Source: a bacterium (lineage in GTDB: Bacteria > Zhuqueibacterota > Zhuqueibacteria > Residuimicrobiales > Krinioviventaceae). From it: a DNA stretch of 64,000 nt. The position numbers were made by a program, and so were the translations under genes. Below are positions 1-10,036 of the stretch, one piece after another. How positions within the stretch are numbered: the stretch's first letter is position 1; each line of letters begins with the position of its first letter. Location of the stretch: positions 1-64,000 of the forward strand of contig CAXXMD010000001.1 in assembly GCA_963675755.2 (NCBI GenBank), given 5' to 3'. The notes under the pieces were generated by a model. It worked only from the letters and a program-made list of their open reading frames with translations. It had not been told where the DNA came from and made no database searches.

Positions 1-6
1 ATATCA

Positions 7-2121
7 ATGAAGCGGTTTATTATTGTAGTATTGGTATTTTGTGGAATTGCAGTTTCTGCGGAATTACCGGCAGATTTTCAGATCATTCCTCATCCACAGA
101 ACATTCAGGTATATGAACAGAAATCCCTGCTTTGTAAAGAAATTCAGGGTATTTATCTTGTTGGGGATGTTGATCTGCCTGTGCTGCCATCTCATCTTTC
201 TCAATTGCCATTACTTGATAATCAGACTGGCAAGGCTTTGGTATTATCTACAAGTAGCTCTGATGAGCTTGGAAATAATGCCGAGGGATATATCCTGGAG
301 ATTACTGAAAAGGGTATTTCGATTCAGGCGGTTGGTGATGCGGGTTCTTTTACGCTTGTCAGACTTTGGAACAATTGATAGTAGATGCTAAAGCCGCTCA
401 TATAGGATTACCGGCGTGCCGGATTGTGGACGTACCTGCCTATGAATGGCGGCAGTTCATTTTGATGTAAAACACCATCTTGACCATATGAATTATTATT
501 ATGAAAGTATTGATCGTCTTGCCAAATACAAGATCAATGCAATTGTTTTTGAATTTGAGAACAAGCTACGTTATCAAGAACGACCTCTTGTGGGTACATC
601 TCATGCTATTAGTATTGAAGAAATGCATGCGTTGTCTCAGTATGCTGCTGACAGGCATATTGAAATTATTCCTCTGGTGCAAGGACTGGGACATGCTACT
701 TTTATTTTAAAGCATGAAAAATATAAATCCCTTCGTGAACAGGAAGATAATAAATGGGCATTTTTGTCCATTAAATCCGGAAACATATGATGTATTGTTT
801 GATCTCTATTTGGATGCTATGAAAGCAACACCCAATACCAAATATTTTCATGTTGGTGGTGATGAAGTAGGGAAGTATTGGTGTTTGTGACCGTTGCAAA
901 GGCTATGGACAAGAGCACGGTCAGTTGGGGCTTAATCTGTATTGGTTAAACAAAGTATGTGAGTTTATTAAAGAACAGGGACGTATTCCAATCTATTGGG
1001 ATGACATGCTGTTCAAAGAAGCTGACTTGTGGAAATCCGTGCAACGTAACGATGATGTGTCTCCTGAAGAAACGGCTGCCATGTGGGAAAAAGGTTTGGG
1101 AAATTGAACGCATTCCGTAGCAAGCTACCAATGATGCTGTCTTTATGCGCTGGAATTATGATAATGGCGATTCACCAGGTAGCGGTAGAGCATTGGATTT
1201 TTATAATGACCAGAATTTACCTGCTGTAATAGCAACTGCTGCGCAAACAACGAATACACTGGTCCCCGGATTGGAACGAACCACAACCATCAAACGGTTT
1301 ACAGAGTTTGCACATGAACATGGAATAAATGGATCTTTATGTACCGCATGGGATGACAGCTCTCCGCTAATGGAACTCTATTGGCGGGGTTGGGTTACCT
1401 CTGCTGAATATACCTGGGCTCCGGGTAAGCGAAGTATGGAAGCTTTTGAAAAGGCAATGTTTCAGCGAGAGTTTGGTTTGGACATGTATCCGATATATGA
1501 AACCCTTGCTCCGGGTACAGATTTTTGGGACCGGTCTTATTTCAAGACAGGAACACGCAGAAGCCGTTCAAATGCAATGGTGCCAATTGCTTCTGCCAGT
1601 CACTGGACCAGTAATGAAAAAATTCAGTTCGTTGATAATAAAGAAAAATTTATCGCCTTACCTGATCTTCAAAAACCGGGTGAATGGACAAAACAGAATC
1701 AAGAGATACTGGAAAAAGCTGAAAAACTGGTAAACAGCGATAAAGAAACCAATACTATGTTGAAAGGAAATGTACCATAATGCCAGTAGAAATCGTTATG
1801 GTATTGAGGTTTTGATGGCAATTCAAGAACTGCAATCAACTGCTCCCCCGCATGTTTCTGGCTATAGCTGCATGTGATGTTGATAAAAAATCGGACCGGG
1901 AAAAAGGATTTGAACAGATCAACATTGAAATGGAAAAGTTTGAAAAAGCTGCTGAGAATCTTGAACGTGTCTATGGTAAAATCCGCTTTTGGTCTAATCC
2001 TGATGGATATGTACCAGACCGATACTTTCATTGGGCAAGTCAGGCTGAGGATATCTCCTTCATGTTTCAGGTTGAACGTGGCTTCCATAAATATCTTGAT
2101 GATTGGATGTCTGGAAAATAA
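7..2121 (+). pseudogene. GH20 beta-N-acetylhexosaminidase-like protein, split by several frameshifts (probably assembly indels)
   Basis: Consecutive fragments give a signal peptide, GH20b-like N-domain (IIPHPQ, EGYILEI), HFDVKHH, IPLVQGLGH, catalytic HVGGDEV at 849-869 and TAWDD. Confidence 0.8.
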
Positions 2122-2135
2122 ATAGTATTGTGTAA

Positions 2136-4204
2136 ATGAAAATAAACTTGAAAAAAACCTTTTTGATTATGCTGCTACTCATTATTTGGGTGAGTAGCAC
2201 GTTTTCGGCATCAGACAAGGATCTGTATAATAATCTTGAAAATTGGCAGGCCCGCTGGGGTGATTCTCCTGTGGATTCTGCCGGTGTACCATTATGGATT
2301 TATACCGAACAGTCTGATGCATATTGGGTGAATGTAGACCGCAGCGATTTTTATGGACATCTCAGTTATGATACGATATGGCTGCGTACCCGGTGTCCAG
2401 ATGAGGGGTGGGCTGATCCTACTTTGTTTTTAACAGTCGTATTTTATTCTTTAAATGTTTATGTAGATGCAAAAGAAATATATTCTTTTGGTGATTTTGA
2501 CGGACCCGTCAACAAATATACTTCCATGCACTGGCATATGTTGCCCCTAGGGAGTGAGGCTGGTGGAGAATGGATTTATTTTCGTGTATATTCGAGTTTA
2601 AAAACACATATCGGAATACCGGTATTTGCTGATAACAGGGCATTTGTTGCTCCTCAAAAAAAGGTTATCTCTTTTTAATCAATGCCAGTATTGATAGATT
2701 TGCTTTGGGCTTTTTGTTTATTCTTATTGGAATATTGTCAGTAGATCTGTTTTTTCATCGCTGGCAGTTGAAAAATTATATTTATCTTCCTTTTGCATTG
2801 TTTACATTGTGCGTTGGAATGGCGTTTCTTTTTTCTTCCGAAGTGTCGCAATTCATGTTTCCCAATGATGTTTTTCGGTTGTCAGGGGCTTTAGTAGGAG
2901 TGTTGTTTTTTCCCGTCGGTTTGTTCATGTTTTATGAATATATAGTTTCCCCGGCCCATAAACGCATTATGCGCATGCTGTGGCAGTCCATTCTCATTAT
3001 CGCAGTTTTGATCATCTTGTTTGAATTTACCAATGTAATCTCGTTCGATTCTATTTTGTACCCGGTGTGGGTAGTTTTGATTTTTTTAACTTTTCTGGTA
3101 GCTATAGGTTTTGGTATTTATGGAACACTCAAGGGAAACATGGAGACCAAAACATTTAATGTTGGCTTTATAATCATGACCTTGTTTATATTACATGATA
3201 TTTTGTTCATGTTTGGTATTATTCCATACTGGAGATGGACTGCGCAGTGGGGTGTTTTGGTTTTTGTATTATCTTTGCTGCACATAATTGAGAGACGTAA
3301 TCTTGAGGACCGTGAAAAACTGATTCAATACTCGAATGAACTCAAAGAGTATGGCAATACACTTGAACAGCGAGTTAAGGAACGCACATTGGACTTGCGT
3401 AATAAAAATATAAAACTCGAAGAAACCATGCGCGAGCTGCAAGAAACGCAGCAGCAACTTGTACTGAAAGAAAAAATGGCATCTCTGGGCCATCTGGTAG
3501 CAGGAGTAGCGCATGAACTCAATAATCCTATTGGTGCGGTTATCAGTGCCGCAAATGTGTTGCATCGAGGTGTTGAAAAGATCAAGAACAGCATACTGTC
3601 GGCCAAATCTCTTGATGAGGTTAAAACAGTCAAGGTTGAACAAACGTTAGAGATTCTGGTCCAGAATAACGCCATTATTACAGAAGGCGGTAAACGGGTA
3701 GCGCAGATTGTCAAGAGCTTGAAAAATTTTGCTCGTCTGGATGAAGCAGAGTTCCAAAAAGCTGACATAAATGAGGGGCTTGACAGTACCATTGAATTGC
3801 TTCATCATGAATTGAAAAACCGTATTAATGTAATCAAAGAGTATGGGACTTTACCCAGGATCTCCTGTTTCCCAAATCAATTGAACCAGGTGTTTTTAAA
3901 TATTATTGCCAATGCTGCCCAGGCAATACCGGGTGACGGAGAAATTCGTGTCCTGACCCGGCACATTGATTCAAGCGTAGAGGTTGCAATTGCAGATACC
4001 GGAACCGGCATTATTCCTGAACATATTGAGCATGTTTTTGATCCCGGGTTTACTACCAAAGGTGTTGGTGTGGGTACCGGATTGGGACTGTCTATCAGTT
4101 ATAATATTATTAAAAAGCACAATGGGGATATAAGCGTTAAAAGTGAACCGGGAAATGGTGCTGTCTTTACAATTACCCTGCCTCTTGAACAAAAACCATC
4201 ATAA
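2136..4204 (+). pseudogene. Membrane sensor histidine kinase (extracellular domain + 7TM-like + HisKA + HATPase_c), one frameshift near 2675
   Basis: ORFs 2136-2678 and 2705-4204 join if one T is added to the T run at 2672-2676; VAHELNNP H-box, NQVFLNIIANA, FDPGFTTK, GTGLGL. Confidence 0.85.
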
Positions 4205-4221
4205 AAAATTCAAAAATCAAT

Positions 4222-4279
4222 GTAAAGTTTGCTTGACTTTTTTATTCTGAAATATTATATTATGTCAAGTTAACTTTAC
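4222..4279 (+). promoter_or_regulatory. sigma70 promoter TTGACT(4233-4238)-17-TATATT(4256-4261) with two palindromic operators
   Basis: GTAAAG-N4-CTTGAC at 4222-4237 and GTCAAG-N4-CTTTAC at 4264-4279, directly upstream of the XRE gene. Confidence 0.75.
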
Positions 4280-4292
4280 TTTTAGAGATTAT

Positions 4293-4499
4293 ATGAATGA
4301 GAAAATAGTCAATTCTATCAAAGAGCGACGCTCGCAATTGGGGTGGACCCAGGAAGAGCTTGCCAAACAAAGTGGTGTTTCGCGTCAAAGTATTATCAGT
4401 ATAGAGCGCGGAAAATACATTCCCAGTTTGCCTTTGGCGTTCCGGTTTGCCCGCTTGTTTGAATGTAGTATTGACGATTTGTTTCAATTAGAGGAGTAA
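4293..4499 (+). CDS. XRE/Cro-C1 family HTH transcriptional regulator
   Basis: 68 aa; TQEELAKQSGVSRQSIISIERGKYIPSLPLA is a typical HTH_3 signature. Confidence 0.93.
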   Translation: MNEKIVNSIKERRSQLGWTQEELAKQSGVSRQSIISIERGKYIPSLPLAFRFARLFECSIDDLFQLEE

Positions 4500-4504
4500 T
4501 CATC

Positions 4505-4699
4505 ATGGATGAACGTTTTGTAATGCATCGGCTTTATTCCACTCGCCTGGCTGCTCTTGTAGGAGCGGTTTCCCTGGCAGTCTGGTTTAATGTGGAAATG
4601 ATCCGAAAGGATATTTACCGCTGGGACCTGTTTATTATTTTATGTCTGATGGCCGTAGCCAAAGTGGGTGCAATGTTGTATTATAAACGTACCAATTAA
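4505..4699 (+). CDS. Small two-TM membrane protein
   Basis: GAGGAG RBS, two hydrophobic segments, in operon with XRE gene. Confidence 0.75.
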   Translation: MDERFVMHRLYSTRLAALVGAVSLAVWFNVEMIRKDIYRWDLFIILCLMAVAKVGAMLYYKRTN

Positions 4700-4709
4700 A
4701 AAGGAGTAT

Positions 4710-4952
4710 ATGATGCTGTTATTGATGAACAAAATTAATGATTATAAACATATGATTGCCATTGGTCAGATATTGATGGTTGTTGGTATTTTATTTTCAA
4801 CCATCTCGCTTTTAAGAGTTCCCGGTATTCATGATTTTTGGTTGGGATTTTTAATTGGCCTGGGAATGACCATGATTGTAGTATCTGTTATTTTTAATGT
4901 GCGTGGATTACTCATGTATCGTAAAGAAAAGCAGCAAGCTGCGTTGAATTGA
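4710..4952 (+). CDS. Small two-TM membrane protein
   Basis: AAGGAG RBS before ATG 4710; two hydrophobic helices. Confidence 0.7.
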   Translation: MMLLLMNKINDYKHMIAIGQILMVVGILFSTISLLRVPGIHDFWLGFLIGLGMTMIVVSVIFNVRGLLMYRKEKQQAALN

Positions 4953-5023
4953 TCTTTTTTTGAAAATAGTTAATTAAATCGGTCTCGATGACGAACTAGT
5001 CTGTAAATACGGAAAAAATATAT

Positions 5024-6916
5024 ATGGCACTTTTATCTTTACAAAATATCAGTATTGCTTTTGGTGGTCCCCTGGTACTGGATGGGTTGGATTTACAAAT
5101 TGAGCGCAATCAGCGGGTGTGTCTGTTGGGACGAAACGGTGAAGGCAAGTCAACATTGATGAAGATTATACATGGAGAGTTGGCACCGGATGATGGCGTT
5201 GTTCAAAAAGAGCAGAATATCAGTATCTCTTATTTTACGCAGACTATTCCTCAGGACCTTGAGGGGCCGGTATTCGAAATTGTTGCCAAAGGGCTGGGAA
5301 TTAAAGGCGAGTTATACGCAAAATATCATCGTGAAGAGCGGCGTTTGTTAGAGGCTGGTGATAGTGATCACAGCACACTTGGTGCAATTCACCAGGAACT
5401 CGACGCGGTAAACGGCTGGAGCTCGGTTGAGGCAATATCCAAGATCATGTCTTTGATGAAACTGGATGAAGACTGGCAGTATCAGGAACTTTCCGGCGGG
5501 CAAAAGCGCAGGGTTTTATTGGCTGCTGCTCTGGTGTCAGAACCGGATCTATTGTTGTTGGACGAACCCACCAACCATTTGGATATTGATACCATTGCCT
5601 GGATGGAGTCGTTCCTGCTCAAATCCGGGACCACATTGCTGTTTGTTACCCATGATCGTACATTATTGAGAAATCTTGCTACCCGCATAATTGAACTGGA
5701 TCGGGGCAAGATTTATGACTGGTCTTGTGATTATGATACATTTCTGGACCGTAAGCAAGCCGTACTTGAAAACCAGGAAAAAGAATGGGAGCGGTTTGAT
5801 AAAAAATTGTCGGAAGAAGAGGTGTGGATCCGAAAGGGCATTAAAGCCCGACGCACCCGTAACGAAGGCCGGGTACGCGCGCTTTTGAAAATGCGTGAGG
5901 AACGCATGCAGCGGCGGGAACAGATGGGTTCCGCAACACTCAAAATCAGCGAAGCGGACAGGTCCGGCAAGCTGGTGATAGAGGCCAAAGATATTACTTT
6001 TGCGTATGAGACTGATCCGGTGATACGTGATTTCAGCACTGTGATTATGCGTGGGGACAAGACCGGTATTCTGGGACCCAATGGATGCGGGAAATCTACA
6101 TTGGTGAACCTGTTACTTGGCAATTTGAAACCACAAACGGGCAGCATCCGTACGGGCACCAATCTTTCCGTCACCTATTTTGATCAATTGCGGGAGGAAC
6201 TGGATGGGGAAAAATCGGTGCGGGAAAATGTACTGCCTTTTGGGGATATGGTTACGATCAACGGGCGGGACAAGCACATTTATACATACCTGCAGGATTT
6301 TCTGTTTACACCAGACAGAGCAAAATCCCCGGTCAAGAGCTTGTCCGGGGGGGAACGTAATCGTCTGTTACTGGCTCGGCTGTTTATAAAACCCACCAAT
6401 TTTATGGTATTTGATGAACCTACCAATGATCTGGATGCAGAGACCCTGGAACTGCTGGAAGAGTTGTTGGTGGATTTTCAGGGTACGCTGTTGTTGATCT
6501 CGCATGATCGTACATTTTTAAACAATGTGGTTACCAGCACGCTAGCCTTTGAAGGTAATGGGATTGTTAAAGAATATGCCGGTGGTTATGATGACTGGCT
6601 GCGTCTGCAACCAGACAAGGAAGCGGCAGAAAAGTCCAAAGAAAAAGTTGATAAAAAGGCAGAGTACCTGAAAGAAAAAAAGGCGAAACAGAAAAAGAAA
6701 CTATCGTACAAAGAAAAACTGGAATATGAACAATTGCAGCCCAGAATTGAAGCGCTTGAATCAGAACAGGCAGAATTGTATGAAAAGATGGGTGATCCTG
6801 ATTTTCTGCGGGATAAGGATAGCATGGTAGCTGCAAAAGCGCGTCTGGAAGAGCTGGAAGCCGAGATAGATGCCGCTTATGAACGCTGGGAGTATTTGGA
6901 AACATTGGTACCTTGA
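5024..6916 (+). CDS. uup: ABC-F family ATPase Uup
   Basis: Two ABC cassettes (GRNGEGKS, GPNGCGKS, LSGGQ/LSGGE, DEPTN), no TM segments, WIRKGIKARRTRNEGRVRAL linker, C-terminal KLSYKEK coiled coil. Confidence 0.9.
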   Translation: MALLSLQNISIAFGGPLVLDGLDLQIERNQRVCLLGRNGEGKSTLMKIIHGELAPDDGVVQKEQNISISYFTQTIPQDLEGPVFEIVAKGLGIKGELYAKYHREERRLLEAGDSDHSTLGAIHQELDAVNGWSSVEAISKIMSLMKLDEDWQYQELSGGQKRRVLLAAALVSEPDLLLLDEPTNHLDIDTIAWMESFLLKSGTTLLFVTHDRTLLRNLATRIIELDRGKIYDWSCDYDTFLDRKQAVLENQEKEWERFDKKLSEEEVWIRKGIKARRTRNEGRVRALLKMREERMQRREQMGSATLKISEADRSGKLVIEAKDITFAYETDPVIRDFSTVIMRGDKTGILGPNGCGKSTLVNLLLGNLKPQTGSIRTGTNLSVTYFDQLREELDGEKSVRENVLPFGDMVTINGRDKHIYTYLQDFLFTPDRAKSPVKSLSGGERNRLLLARLFIKPTNFMVFDEPTNDLDAETLELLEELLVDFQGTLLLISHDRTFLNNVVTSTLAFEGNGIVKEYAGGYDDWLRLQPDKEAAEKSKEKVDKKAEYLKEKKAKQKKKLSYKEKLEYEQLQPRIEALESEQAELYEKMGDPDFLRDKDSMVAAKARLEELEAEIDAAYERWEYLETLVP

Positions 6917-6990
6917 TGTTTATAATCTTGCCTGTCTAATTTTTTTTGTTTATTTTAGGGTTATATTTCAAAATATAAAGGGGTACTATT

Positions 6991-7395
6991 TTGCAAAAAC
7001 GACCTGTTTCAGTTACAATCATTGCGTGGTATTTGTTGGTTACCAACGCACTTTCTATTATTTCTACAGCAATTTTTTTCAATGATCCTAAAGCAAATTC
7101 TTTTTTTAGTGCGTATTCCGTCCCTTTACCTGTGTAATATACGGTAATGAATGTTGGAATATTGATTTCCATAATATGTGCGATTGGGATGTTGAAAGGC
7201 TTGAATTGGTCGCGTGTGGTGTATTCAGTTTGGAGTGTTTTGGCATTAATTTATAGTTTAATTGTGGCACCCATGAAGCTTTTGCTGATTTTCAATTTAA
7301 TATTTTTAATAGTTATACTTTATTACCTGTTCAGACCTGTGGCAAACACATATTTTACGAACAAGGGGGATGCAAATGATCCGGCGGGTGCTTAG
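6991..7395 (+). pseudogene. Multi-TM membrane protein interrupted by an in-frame TAA at 7135-7137
   Basis: TTG start after AAGGGGTA; reads MQKRPVSVTIIAWYLL...PLPV*YTVMNVGILISII in frame with ORF 7147-7395. Confidence 0.65.
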
Positions 7396-7810
7396 TATTA
7401 TTTTTTATGTAATAGCGGGACATGTTTTTGGAAGTGCGGGAATAGTGGCTTTTATCAGTATACCTGCGGATGGTATGATTAAACTTTTTCTCCTCGGGTT
7501 GTTTTTGTTTTTTGCGGTTTTGAGTTTAGTAATAGGATTATTGATCTCACCTTCTCGTAAGAAGAAACGTGAAGCGGGAATTGTTCTGTTTGCGTCATCT
7601 GTTGAAATTACTATTGTAATACTGGGTATTCTGTTTGTAATATTGGAACCCAACAAGCCGGAAGGTCTTGATATGGAACCCTTGTATATGTTTAAGGATT
7701 ATGTTAGTGGGATTGGTACTTTATTGATTTTTATTATTTCCGGAGTTCTGTTGTTTGTTCCAACGAAACCGAATCCTGCCCCAGAAAATGAAACCGAAAG
7801 TGATCAATAA
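7370..7810 (+). CDS. Hypothetical four-TM membrane protein
   Basis: 146 aa, four hydrophobic segments. Confidence 0.7.
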   Translation: MQMIRRVLSIIFYVIAGHVFGSAGIVAFISIPADGMIKLFLLGLFLFFAVLSLVIGLLISPSRKKKREAGIVLFASSVEITIVILGILFVILEPNKPEGLDMEPLYMFKDYVSGIGTLLIFIISGVLLFVPTKPNPAPENETESDQ

Positions 7811-7975
7811 ACTCGTGTGAGCTTGAAATTACTTATGAATTAACTGTTAAAAATGCTAAATTATAGTAATTCTGGTAATTGTGCAGGATTTTGTTGATTG
7901 CTATTTGTAAGCTATTCTTGTAATGATCTAATTTTAACTTACTATTATAATAGAAACGGTTCGTCAGGAGGATGC

Positions 7976-8707
7976 ATGACCGTTAAAGAAATGTATAATG
8001 AAATCCACACCGCAATCCAGTTTGCGTCTGAGGGCAGAGCACCCCAGGTGGAGCAGCGGTATCACAAACATAATCAATATATATCGTATGGATTAAAGGC
8101 CCCGGTATTTCGGGATTTGATGAAAAATATTCGCGGACGTGTGATGCGTCTATCCCTGGATGACCGGTTATTGTTAGCGCGGCAGTTGTTCGAATCACAT
8201 CTGGGCGAGCTGGCGGATGCAGGTATATTTATTCTTGAATACAGTGTAAGCGAGTTGACGCCTCATCATTTCAAGCAAATGGACCGCATGATGGACCATT
8301 ACCGGAGCTGGTCGCAGGTGGATGCCATGTGTTTGTACGTGCTGCAACCCATGTTGGCTGCGTATCCGCAGGAGACCCTGAAACAGCTGGAGGTTTGGAA
8401 CGGTTCCGAAAATCGGTGGAAGCGTAGAACCAGTGTTGTGGTGTTTGTACGCAAAGTGGGCAAAAATGCGCAATACACTAAAGACGGATTACGCTTGTGT
8501 GAGAATCTGATTTGGGATACGGAAGATATTGTGCTAAAAGGTGTAGGCTGGGCGCTAAAAGATATGCTCAAAGGTGACCGTGAGCGTGTGCTGGACTATG
8601 TCAAAGAGTTGCGCAGACGCGGAGTATCGTCAGTAATTACCCTATACGCAATCCGCGATATAAAGGGGGAAGAACGAAACGCAATTTTGGATATAGAAAA
8701 ACTATAA
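7976..8707 (+). CDS. DNA alkylation repair protein (AlkD-like HEAT-repeat glycosylase family)
   Basis: AGGAGG RBS; SWSQVD, W..SENRWKRR, EDIVLKGVGWALKD motifs. Confidence 0.85.
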   Translation: MTVKEMYNEIHTAIQFASEGRAPQVEQRYHKHNQYISYGLKAPVFRDLMKNIRGRVMRLSLDDRLLLARQLFESHLGELADAGIFILEYSVSELTPHHFKQMDRMMDHYRSWSQVDAMCLYVLQPMLAAYPQETLKQLEVWNGSENRWKRRTSVVVFVRKVGKNAQYTKDGLRLCENLIWDTEDIVLKGVGWALKDMLKGDRERVLDYVKELRRRGVSSVITLYAIRDIKGEERNAILDIEKL

Positions 8708-8741
8708 ACGTAAACATGATATAGATTTTGGTTAGACCCTG

Positions 8742-9860
8742 ATGGAGGCGACTTTGAAGAACAGGCTGTTGATTATAATTATAATACTTTTGATATCCGT
8801 ATTATCTATAACCGGCAAAAATGATCTGGTTGTATTGAAAAGCGGAAAACAAATAACCGGGACTGTGGTAAATTATGTGCCGGCAAAAGAAGTTACCATT
8901 GTATCGTCTAAAGGAAAGACCCACCATTTCAAGATCAGTGAGATCTCTAAAATGAGTCTGAATGTGAAAAAAATAGAGCTAGCCAATGGCATTGTCTATG
9001 AAAATACCAAAACCGAGATCATTCCCGGGCTATCAGTCACGGTTATGGACAATGATTTGCCTTTGGACTATGCCTATAATCGCAATCTCTCTGTTGTGCT
9101 TGACGCACCGGTGATTGAACCTCAGGATGTTGAACAAACGCTGCCCATGGAACAGTATGCGGAAGTTAAGACCAAATCCATGCCTGAAAACCGGTTTGCG
9201 GTATCCGCATTCGCGGGTTATTATGATCCGTCTTTTCAAGAGATCAATGACGGTATCGAGTTGATCAAAACGTATTATCTGGGTTCCGAAGCCATTGTTA
9301 CCGGGGAAACCGAGGTTAAAGGTGCAATGAACTATGGGTTGGGACTGGAAATGAACATGACTCCGCGATTGCGGTCCCGCTTGGATGTGTCTTATTGGAG
9401 CACAAATTTAGAGGCACAGGTACAGGACAAGGCAGCTTTTAACTATTTGGATGTTGATTATCGGTTGAATGCTGACCTGGATATTGCATTGACTTCTGTT
9501 ATGGTTTCCCTGCTTTATGATTTGAAAAACAGTGAGGGAGGGATTCAACCCTATTTGGGTATAGGAATGGGATTAAACCATACATCGGTTAATTACAAAA
9601 CAGAATTGTTTGTACATGATGCATTGTCTTCCATGATTGATCTGAATTCTTATGAACCTGATGAAGATTATAGTACGAATGATATACTTTTTCAACTAAT
9701 AGCTGGCGTGGATTATCCTTTATCGCACAATCTGGGTATTCGGGCAGAAGCAAAATATTTAGTAGGGGATTATGATCTGGAAATGAAAGAAATTCCAATC
9801 AATGTTACGGATAAAGTAAACGGATTTGCCGCGCAGGTGGGGTTGTTTTATCGATTCTAG
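8742..9860 (+). CDS. Outer-membrane beta-barrel protein (OmpW/OmpA-like barrel) with N-terminal extension
   Basis: Signal-like N-terminus; PYLGIGMG, AGVDY, terminal GLFYRF aromatic BAM-type signal. Confidence 0.75.
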   Translation: MEATLKNRLLIIIIILLISVLSITGKNDLVVLKSGKQITGTVVNYVPAKEVTIVSSKGKTHHFKISEISKMSLNVKKIELANGIVYENTKTEIIPGLSVTVMDNDLPLDYAYNRNLSVVLDAPVIEPQDVEQTLPMEQYAEVKTKSMPENRFAVSAFAGYYDPSFQEINDGIELIKTYYLGSEAIVTGETEVKGAMNYGLGLEMNMTPRLRSRLDVSYWSTNLEAQVQDKAAFNYLDVDYRLNADLDIALTSVMVSLLYDLKNSEGGIQPYLGIGMGLNHTSVNYKTELFVHDALSSMIDLNSYEPDEDYSTNDILFQLIAGVDYPLSHNLGIRAEAKYLVGDYDLEMKEIPINVTDKVNGFAAQVGLFYRF

Positions 9861-9886
9861 TATTTTTTATCTTTTATTAGAGTTTT

Positions 9887-9922
9887 TAAAAAAGCCAGAT
9901 ATTTAAATATCTGGCTTTTTTT
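9887..9922 (+). terminator. Intrinsic terminator (bidirectional type)
   Basis: A7-GCCAGATAT...ATATCTGGC-T7 palindrome. Confidence 0.85.
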
Positions 9923-10036
9923 ATTTCTATAGCAAAATACTTCAATTGAATGAAATTCATTTTTTTTATATTGTACCGTGCAAGTATTTCATCTTAATTA
10001 ATAATAGGGGTTAGTAGTCGCAACAAGGAGAATAAG

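Noticed and set aside
7-2121. Programmed frameshifting or stop-codon recoding in split genes
   Set aside because: Multiple irregular indels per gene with no consistent slippery signal or SECIS; best explained as sequencing error
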